64,000 nt of DNA, from the NCBI GenBank assembly GCA_013001695.1, contig JABDMC010000201.1:32580-96579 (forward strand), in the 5' to 3' direction. Positions 7,768 to 14,854 of the stretch are shown in pieces; positions within the stretch are counted from its first letter, which is position 1, and every line of letters begins with the position of its first letter. This DNA is from Akkermansiaceae bacterium. Lineage in GTDB: Bacteria; Verrucomicrobiota; Verrucomicrobiia; Verrucomicrobiales; Akkermansiaceae. The notes beneath the pieces were generated by a model. It saw only the letters and a program-made list of their open reading frames with translations. It was not told where the DNA came from and did no database searches. Position numbers and translations under genes: made by a program.

Positions 7768-7825
7768 ATTTCCGTAGGTGGTGGGCGGGGGCTGTGTTCG
7801 GGAGCGCCCGGCGGGGCAAGCAAAA
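7704..7825 (-). repeat. direct repeat copy B (partner of 7273-7387; offset 438 bp)
   Basis: See copy A. Contains an extra perfect hairpin ATCCGCC-TCA-GGCGGAT at 7715-7731. Confidence 0.9.
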
Positions 7826-7841
7826 AGGCTGCCGGGAGGGG

Positions 7842-10394
7842 CTATTCGTCGCGGCCGTAGCGCTCCTTAAACTGGCGGAGGAGCTCGTCGACCTTGTCCT
7901 CGTCCTCGGGGCTGGGCGTGTGGTCGAAGGGGTCCTTGCACCGGGGTTCCGGTGAAACGGAGGGCGATTCCATGGGGGGCGGAACCGATCCGGACGCCGG
8001 GGGCTGGAAGGCGGCGGGAGCCTGGACGGGCTTGGCGGGGCCCGACGCCGGCTCGAATGGCGAGGGGGCCGCGGCGGGGGCCTCACTCTGCGGAGCCGGG
8101 TTCTTGGGCGCCTGGGCCGGGGCCTCCTTGAGACCCGCGGACTCGCCGCCCGAATGACTGGCGGGCGCGAAGGGCGATCCCGCCGGGGCCGATTCCGAGG
8201 TCGCGGCCGCGAACGGGGACGGCGCCGTGGCGGAGGCCGACGGCGGATGGACCGGAGAAAACGGAGACGGCGAGGCGGCCTTCCCGAAGGGGCTTTCGGC
8301 GGGACTGGCGGGCACCGGGGCGGCGCCGGAGGCGGCGGGGGCGAAGGGGCTGGCCGCCGGGCTGACCGGGGCGGGAGTTCCTACCGGCGGCTCGGCCGGC
8401 TCCGGGGAGGGCGACGGGGCATCGCGTCCCCCGGCTGCGGGGGACGACGCCTTCGCCGGAGAGCTGGCCGGATTCGCCGGCGCAAAGGGTGACGTGGAGG
8501 CATCCGCGGACGGCGGCTTGCCGTCCTTGCCATCCTTGGCTTCCGCCTTCTTCGGGTCGGCCGCGGCAAACGGGGACTTCGCGGGATCGTCAGGCGGAGG
8601 CTCGCTGCCCTCCTTGGCGGCGGGCGCGTCCGGCGATTGTTTCGACTCGGCGGGCGCAAACGGGGATTTCGAGGGATCGATGGCCGGAGGCGCGCTCGAC
8701 TTGTCCCCCACCGCCGCGAAGGGCGAATTTGCAGGGTCGGTCGCGGCAGGCTGCTGGACTTCCTTGTTGCCAACAGCCGCCTCCCCCGCTTTCGCCGGTT
8801 CCGGCTTTTTCGCTTCGGCGGTCTCCGGCTTCTGCGCATCGGCGGGCTCCAGGGCCTTCGACTGCGCGGGAGCGAAGGGCGACTTCGGCGGGTCCGCCGG
8901 CGCGGCGGGGCTCACGTCCTCCCGCGGGGGCTCCGGCGCTTTTGCTTCCGCAGGCGCAAAGGGCGAGGGCGGCGAGGCAGGCTCGCTATCCTGCGACTTT
9001 CCGGCCTCGGGCTTGCCCGCGTCCGCGGGGGCCGAGGGCGTCGACGGCGGGGCGATCCCCGCGGCCGTGCTCCCCGCCGGGGGCTCGAACGATTCCGGCG
9101 CCTTGCTCTCCACCGGGGTGAAGGGCGATTTCGGGGGCGCCACCGCCGAAGCATGCGCGGCGGCCGCGGGCGGGACGACCGCTGCGGCGGGAGGAGCCTG
9201 TGCCGCCGGCGGCGCGATCTCATCCCGTGCAGGTTGGGGCGGGGCGAGGGCCGCGGCCGGAGCCGCCTCGCGCTCCGCCTCAGGCACCAGCTCGTCCCAG
9301 ATCCGGGCCGCTGATTTCAGGACGTCGCGGGCATAGAGTTCCTTCCCGTCCCACTCCATCTTCTTGATGATCTCCGGGCCGCGGGTTCCGGCTCGCGAGG
9401 TGATCAGTTGTTCCGCCTTCTCGCGCGTCAGCGGCTCGAGAATGAGCTCGTGCTCGGTCAGGCGGTCCGCAAGCCCCCCGGGGAGCCGCGGCAGGAAGGC
9501 CGTCTCCCAGACGTCGTGGTTGACGCTCATGACGACCACCACCTGCGGACAATTCTGGGTGACGTTGGTCAGGAAGGACGCCAGTTCCAGGGCGTCCGGC
9601 GGGTGGGTCGAGAGCCCTTCGGTATCGTCGATGACGAGGACCGGCCGGATCACGGCACTCATCAGGGTGAGCAGGCCGTGGAGGCGCTCCCCTGCCCCGG
9701 ACCGCGACTGCCTCTGCATGTCGCCACGGAAAATCGTCTCAAAGAGAAGCCGGGTGCGCTCCACGTTGTCGGGCGGAGTGGTCGCAAAGCGGAAGAGCAG
9801 TTCGACCCAGTACGACGACTCTCGCATCCCGGCGCCGCTGAGAAGCGCCAGCTCGGACGCCAGTCTCGGCCCGAGGATCTCGAAGTTCGTCTTGGTCCAG
9901 TGGGCCGTCACGGCGCGCTCGTGGTGGAAATCGAAGGTCTCCACCGGCTGTTCCCGGAGCGCCCGGACCGCCCCGTCGCGATCCTTGCAGGGGACTTCCC
10001 CGGAGCGCACCAGCGGTTCGAGGCCCCGGGCGAGAATGCGCCTCGCCACGAGGTCGAGAATGGTCAGCCCGCCGGACCCCGGGAGCGCCTCGCTCAGGGT
10101 ATGCAGGGTGGCCTCGAGGACATGGGCCGCCTCGATCGACCGCCCGCCCAGGAGAGTCACCTTGATGAACTGGTGCGTCTCGGCGTTCCCGGCGGCGACG
10201 CGCTTCAGCAGCATCGTCTTGCCGAACCCGGCCCGCGGCGCCCGCAGCAGGATGATGCGCCCCTCGCCGGCGGCGTCCTTCCGCACCAGGCGGCTCAGCT
10301 TCTCGAACTCCGGCTGGTTGATCTCCTCGACAAGATATCGGGGCTCGCGGCCAAAAACTTCAAAGCGGGAACTAAAGGGGTCTACGCTGCTCAT
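7842..10394 (-). CDS. P-loop NTPase (ExeA/GspA/MshM-like AAA_22-type N-domain) with ~470-aa Pro/Ala-rich disordered tail carrying SPF repeats
   Basis: Walker A in LLRAPRAGFGKTMLLKRV. Walker B-like in RPVLVIDDTEG. The C-terminal half is low complexity with at least 13 S-P-F motifs, ending in an acidic ...DEDKVDELLRQFKERYGRDE. The track start 10433 is TTG, so I use the ATG at 10394 (MSSVDPFSSRFEVFG...). Confidence 0.7.
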   Translation of the reverse strand: MSSVDPFSSRFEVFGREPRYLVEEINQPEFEKLSRLVRKDAAGEGRIILLRAPRAGFGKTMLLKRVAAGNAETHQFIKVTLLGGRSIEAAHVLEATLHTLSEALPGSGGLTILDLVARRILARGLEPLVRSGEVPCKDRDGAVRALREQPVETFDFHHERAVTAHWTKTNFEILGPRLASELALLSGAGMRESSYWVELLFRFATTPPDNVERTRLLFETIFRGDMQRQSRSGAGERLHGLLTLMSAVIRPVLVIDDTEGLSTHPPDALELASFLTNVTQNCPQVVVVMSVNHDVWETAFLPRLPGGLADRLTEHELILEPLTREKAEQLITSRAGTRGPEIIKKMEWDGKELYARDVLKSAARIWDELVPEAEREAAPAAALAPPQPARDEIAPPAAQAPPAAAVVPPAAAAHASAVAPPKSPFTPVESKAPESFEPPAGSTAAGIAPPSTPSAPADAGKPEAGKSQDSEPASPPSPFAPAEAKAPEPPREDVSPAAPADPPKSPFAPAQSKALEPADAQKPETAEAKKPEPAKAGEAAVGNKEVQQPAATDPANSPFAAVGDKSSAPPAIDPSKSPFAPAESKQSPDAPAAKEGSEPPPDDPAKSPFAAADPKKAEAKDGKDGKPPSADASTSPFAPANPASSPAKASSPAAGGRDAPSPSPEPAEPPVGTPAPVSPAASPFAPAASGAAPVPASPAESPFGKAASPSPFSPVHPPSASATAPSPFAAATSESAPAGSPFAPASHSGGESAGLKEAPAQAPKNPAPQSEAPAAAPSPFEPASGPAKPVQAPAAFQPPASGSVPPPMESPSVSPEPRCKDPFDHTPSPEDEDKVDELLRQFKERYGRDE

Positions 10395-10489
10395 GAATCT
10401 AAGACTGCTGGAAACATTAAAAGGGTGAAACAACCGGCCCGGGCCCGCAAGCTCGAATGCGCGCAGATCGCGCCCTCACGGGGGACAAC

Positions 10490-11977
10490 TCAGCGCGGCA
10501 GCGGCTGGTAGATATCCTCCAGCGGGCCCCCGCCCCCGGCTCCCCCGGCGGGCCGGGAGTGCAAAATGGCGCTGAAGTTGTCCTGCGGCTTCTCCGGCGT
10601 GCCGGACAATTCGATCGTGATCCAGCAGTAGCCGTCCGCGGGATTGGAGAAGGCCGCATAGCGCTTCCGCCCGTTCGCCGCCATGATCCGGCTCGGCCGG
10701 ATTCCGAGCTGCAGCTTGCCGGAGAGCCTGCCCCCGGCGCTGTGCTGGATCGCCCCCCGCACCACCAGTTGTCCTTCGTGTTCCATTTCGAGCTTCTCGA
10801 TGCGGACCCCGGTTCCGTCGCGGCTGTAAATACCGCTCACCTTGGAGAAGTGCGGCTTCCCGAAATCGGTGTCGCCGAAGATCGCCTGCAGGCTGTCGAG
10901 GAACCGAAACTCCCGCAGCCGCCCGGTGTGCCCGGCCAGCTCGATCCGGGCCTCGAGCGAATCGAAGTCCCAGTTTTCGACGATCACCGTCCCGTTCTTG
11001 CCGTTCACGACGGCATCCATGAGCTGGCCGAGGCCGGTGCCCACCAATCTCGACATCGGGAAATTGCGGGCCTCCGCCGCGAGGATGAGCGGTTCGTTCG
11101 GCCGGAGCGGTTCCGGGCTGCGGAACTCCAGTTCACCTTCCACCCCCTCGATCTCGTCCACGGCGAGACGCAGGGCCCGCAGTTCCAACGCCCCGCCGGA
11201 CATCACGGCCCCGCCGAAATCCATCTTCATGGGATCCATCCCCCGGATGAGGGCTTCGCCCCGCTTGAGGAGCAGCTTCGCCACTCCGTCTTCCGACGGA
11301 CGCAGGGTGGCCTCCGTTCCGCGGAGAACCAGCGGCGGCGAATCGCCCATCCCGAAAGCAATGGTCAGGGCGCCGCAGCGCATCTGGTCAAACCGGAACG
11401 GGGCCGGCGCGCGCTTCGGGGACGGACCGCCGACCGGGGCCGCGAGGCGAAGGACTCCCTCCCGCGCAAACACCTCGGGTCCGTTCCAGGCCGCCCCGAA
11501 GAGGCTCGTGATCCGCAGGTCCGCGGTGATGTCATTGAGCTTCAGGGTCCGGAGCGCCGAAGACTCCGGCCACTTGAGGCTCGCCTCCCTCGCCCGGGCC
11601 CGCAGCGGCGTCACGGCCATGCGGTCAAAATACACCTTCCCTCCCACCGCCTGCCCGGCGTTCTCGCTCAGTTCCTTCTGGTAACTGCTGCTGTTGAAGC
11701 GCGCCACCAGGAGCACCACCACGATCCCCAACAAAACGAAAAACCCGAAGACCATGCTGATCCAAAGGAGCCCGCGCTTCTTGCGGCGGTCTTCGGCCTC
11801 GTGTTTCGGCTGCTGGCTGCGCCGTTTCCGGCGCTTCACTTTCAGGACCTGCGACCCGTCGGGACGCGTCACAAGGCGCGAGCTCGCGAGCTCTTCCTTC
11901 TCACGTTCTCCGTCCCGGAGCTTCTCCATCATTTCATCGACGGAGTAGTTCGGACGTTCGGATGACTGCTTTGGCAT
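10490..11977 (-). CDS. bitopic membrane protein of unknown function (basic cytoplasmic N-terminus, one TM, large extracytoplasmic domain)
   Basis: 495 aa with ATG start. KRRKRRSQQPKHEAEDRRKKRG is followed by the TM segment LLWISMVFGFFVLLGIVVVLLVA. The rest looks non-repetitive and globular. It lies between the secretin and ATPase genes with gaps of 33 and 95 bp. Confidence 0.65.
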   Translation of the reverse strand: MPKQSSERPNYSVDEMMEKLRDGEREKEELASSRLVTRPDGSQVLKVKRRKRRSQQPKHEAEDRRKKRGLLWISMVFGFFVLLGIVVVLLVARFNSSSYQKELSENAGQAVGGKVYFDRMAVTPLRARAREASLKWPESSALRTLKLNDITADLRITSLFGAAWNGPEVFAREGVLRLAAPVGGPSPKRAPAPFRFDQMRCGALTIAFGMGDSPPLVLRGTEATLRPSEDGVAKLLLKRGEALIRGMDPMKMDFGGAVMSGGALELRALRLAVDEIEGVEGELEFRSPEPLRPNEPLILAAEARNFPMSRLVGTGLGQLMDAVVNGKNGTVIVENWDFDSLEARIELAGHTGRLREFRFLDSLQAIFGDTDFGKPHFSKVSGIYSRDGTGVRIEKLEMEHEGQLVVRGAIQHSAGGRLSGKLQLGIRPSRIMAANGRKRYAAFSNPADGYCWITIELSGTPEKPQDNFSAILHSRPAGGAGGGGPLEDIYQPLPR

Positions 11978-12010
11978 GTGGGGGTAGCGGAGGGGGGCGG
12001 AGGTGGATCG

Positions 12011-14536
12011 CTAACGATTGCGGTAGGGTTGACCGGAGGGATCGAGGAGCTTCACGGTGACGAAAATCACGAGGTTAGTCTCGATTTGGTGCTCGGCCGA
12101 GCTCTTGAACAAGCGCCCGGCGAGCGGAATATCGCCCAGGATCGGGGTCTTGTCTTCGGTGATCATTCGCTGGCTCCGCAAGAGGCCGCCCAGCACCACG
12201 GTGGCGCCGTCCTGGATGGTCAGGTTGGTGTTGGCCGTGATGGTCGAGAAGACCGGCATGAGGATCTCGTTGGGCGTCACCTGGCCGAAGCGCGTCGTGG
12301 TGAAGAAGGTCGGGTCCACGAAGGGAATCGCCTGGAGAGGAAACGTGAGCCAGAGGGGGTTGATCGTGACACTGTCGAAGGCCCCCAGGATCGGGGTGCC
12401 GTAGTTGACGAATCCGTCGAAGCTCCGCACCGTCGGCTTGATGGCCAATTCGACGTAGTTGCGGCTCGGGTCGACGAGCGGCTCGACTTCCAGCAGGCAG
12501 CCGACCTTCCTGGTCTCGAACGCCGTGGGGGTCGCCGGGGTCGCAAAGGAGCTCGTCGGGGTGGCGGTTTCCAGCGTGAGAAGGTTGATGAAGGTGGTCG
12601 TCCCGACGGCGTTCGGCAGCTCGGGCGGCTCGTACTCGGTCGGGTAGATGAACTCCCGGACCGACTCGATCGAGGCGCTCTGCCCGGAGCGGGTCACCAC
12701 GCTCTTCTTGGTCATCAGGTCGATGCCCTTCTTGTTCTCGAGGCCTCGCAGGATTCCGGCGATGGTTTCCGAGTCAAACTGGCCGACGAGGCCGATCACC
12801 CCGGGCGCGCGGAAATCGCTCTGCCCCGCCCCGAGGCTCGACCCCGGGTCATAGTCCGAGAGGCCCCCGCCCCCGCCGAGGGAGTCGAACATGGCCGTCC
12901 CGGAGGGCGTGCCCTTCACCCTCCCGCGGAGCTGGGCGTCGATGCTGCTGTCGATCTTGGTGCGATCCCCGCTGCGCAGGCCGCTCGTGATCGGGGAGGT
13001 CCCATCCGGCCCGAAGTCGGTGATCGGTTGGCCGTTGCCGATCGTTCCGCCGCCCAGGAAAACGTCGCTGCCGATCCGGGCGGAACTGACCAGCCAGTCG
13101 TAGCCGAGCTCCTCGAGGCGGTCCCGGGTGACGTTCAGGAAGGTCGTCTCGATCATGACCACCACCGGCTCGTCTTCGATGGCGGCATTCACCACCTGCT
13201 CAACGTAATCGAGATTCAAGCTCGTGTTGCGGACCCGCAGGATGCTTTGCACCGGGTTGAAGCTGGCGCTGGCGCCCTCCGGGAACGCCACCCCCTGCTG
13301 GGAGAGAAACTCCCGCGCGGTGAGGCGCTTCCCGAGCAGGCCGGGCCTCTCCTCGGCCACCGCAAAAGGATCCCGCACATCCTGTTCCCGGTTGATCGTC
13401 CCGCGGCTCAGGAAGTCCGGGGGCACCCGGAAATCGCGCGTCAGCATCTCGTCGCTGACCGCCCCGAGGGGCCGAATGACAATCGCGTACTCGTCGATGC
13501 GGGCCTGGGTCCCGGTCGCGGCGTTGATGTACTCGAGGACCTTCCCCAGCGGAACATTGTTGAGCCGGAGGTCGAAGCGGGTTGCGGCGACGGTCTTGGC
13601 GACCTCCGATTCGCCGGTCCCGAGATCGATCACGACGCTGAACCCCTTGCGCTCCGGGTCAGGCTCGTTGACGTCGAGGATGGCGGCCGAGTCCCGCAGG
13701 AAATCCACGGCCTCGCGAATGTCGACCCCCTGGAGGTCCACTACCGGCAGGATCAGGGTCTTCAGCTTCTCCCGCGCCGTGCGCCGCCCGATCCCGTCCT
13801 CCTGGAGGATTCCCAGCCGCACTCCCGATGCTTCGATGTCCGCGACCGGCTTGATGTCCCATCCGGCGTCCACCTCCATCAGCATGCGGGCCCGGGTCTC
13901 GTCGTAGGCGGCCCGGTAGGCCTCGCTGCGCAACCCGGAGACGGATTCCAGGCCCCGCCGCGCCGCCACATTCGTCGGGTCGATTTGCAGGATCCGCTCG
14001 TACACCATGTGGGCCCGGTCGTACTGCGCGAGCTCGGAAAATCCCTGGGCCTCGTAGAGCAGGCGCCGCACCTGGTCGATGTTGCGCACGTGCTCCGCGG
14101 TCAGGGCCGGGTTGGTCCGGAGCGGATCGTCAATCCGCGCCCGCATCTCCCGCACCGTGGCGTCGTTCGGCGCGATGCCCGGCGCCTCGACACCGTCCAG
14201 CAGCGAACGGGCTTCCTCGAGTTGCCCGCCCTTGGCGAGTTCACGGGCCCGCTCCACCGACGCCTGCACGAGGCGCTGCGTGGCGGCCGCCCGCAGGTCA
14301 CCCGCCACCCGGGAAACCGGCAACAATTCACGGGCCGCCCCGTAGGCGCGCACCGCCTCCTGGTAATCGCCCGCCTCATAAGCGGCATCGCCGCGGAGGA
14401 GTTCTTCCTGCCCTTGGGCCACGGCCTCGGCGCGGCGGGCCCGTTCGCGTTCCATGATCGAGGGCTCTGCGGAGAGGGAGCCGGGAAGGCCCGCGAGGAG
14501 GGCACACCCCCCCACCACGGCGAGAAGCCGGGCCAC
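12011..14536 (-). CDS. secretin family outer-membrane channel (GspD/PilQ/MshL-like) with TPR-like N-terminal region
   Basis: 841 aa with GTG start. Signal peptide MARLLAVVGGCALLAGLPGSLSA. The C-terminal secretin core ends ...ILGDIPLAGRLFKSSAEHQIETNLVIFVTVKLL, the classic secretin C-domain motif. The N-terminal ~200 aa is helical and TPR-like (GDYQEAVRAYGAARE..., AQYDRAHMVYERILQIDPTN). Confidence 0.85.
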   Translation of the reverse strand: MARLLAVVGGCALLAGLPGSLSAEPSIMERERARRAEAVAQGQEELLRGDAAYEAGDYQEAVRAYGAARELLPVSRVAGDLRAAATQRLVQASVERARELAKGGQLEEARSLLDGVEAPGIAPNDATVREMRARIDDPLRTNPALTAEHVRNIDQVRRLLYEAQGFSELAQYDRAHMVYERILQIDPTNVAARRGLESVSGLRSEAYRAAYDETRARMLMEVDAGWDIKPVADIEASGVRLGILQEDGIGRRTAREKLKTLILPVVDLQGVDIREAVDFLRDSAAILDVNEPDPERKGFSVVIDLGTGESEVAKTVAATRFDLRLNNVPLGKVLEYINAATGTQARIDEYAIVIRPLGAVSDEMLTRDFRVPPDFLSRGTINREQDVRDPFAVAEERPGLLGKRLTAREFLSQQGVAFPEGASASFNPVQSILRVRNTSLNLDYVEQVVNAAIEDEPVVVMIETTFLNVTRDRLEELGYDWLVSSARIGSDVFLGGGTIGNGQPITDFGPDGTSPITSGLRSGDRTKIDSSIDAQLRGRVKGTPSGTAMFDSLGGGGGLSDYDPGSSLGAGQSDFRAPGVIGLVGQFDSETIAGILRGLENKKGIDLMTKKSVVTRSGQSASIESVREFIYPTEYEPPELPNAVGTTTFINLLTLETATPTSSFATPATPTAFETRKVGCLLEVEPLVDPSRNYVELAIKPTVRSFDGFVNYGTPILGAFDSVTINPLWLTFPLQAIPFVDPTFFTTTRFGQVTPNEILMPVFSTITANTNLTIQDGATVVLGGLLRSQRMITEDKTPILGDIPLAGRLFKSSAEHQIETNLVIFVTVKLLDPSGQPYRNR

Positions 14537-14774
14537 AGGACGCCAAGGTCCCAGCCGCCCGGCTGATGGAACGTCAAATGCGATGGCGATGCATAGCAGG
14601 CGGCGACCCTCAGCGTCACCACAAAAATCCCCGTGCGCCTAACCCCGAAAGGGCAATTCGAGCTGCCGCCCGGCCCGCCCCCACGGCCGGAAAAGGCTCC
14701 GCCGCGCGCGCCGGACCTGCCCCTGCAGAACCCGCAATTGCATCCGCAGGTACCAGCACGCCATCCTCCCTTTG

Positions 14775-14796
14775 AATGTGTTCATGCGAACACATT
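14775..14796. promoter_or_regulatory. perfect palindrome AATGTGTTC-ATGC-GAACACATT (core TGTTC-N4-GAACA); candidate LexA/SOS-type operator or hairpin
   Basis: The arms are exact reverse complements. It lies in the 318-bp gap between the parC stop (14855) and the secretin start (14536), both on the minus strand, next to a small GC hairpin ACCGCCC-C-GGGCGGT (14801-14815). Confidence 0.4.
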
Positions 14797-14854
14797 ACCA
14801 AACCGCCCCGGGCGGTCAAGCCCCGGGGAGGAAATCTTCCGGTCGCCGGGGGCC

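Noticed and set aside
8227-9336. Gly/Ala-rich 369-aa plus-strand ORF and several Arg-rich ORFs across 8150-9340
   Set aside because: They are complementary-strand or alternative-frame readings of the Pro/Ala-rich tail of the ATPase gene. The Pro/Ala codons (CCN/GCN) read as Gly/Ala/Arg on the other strand.
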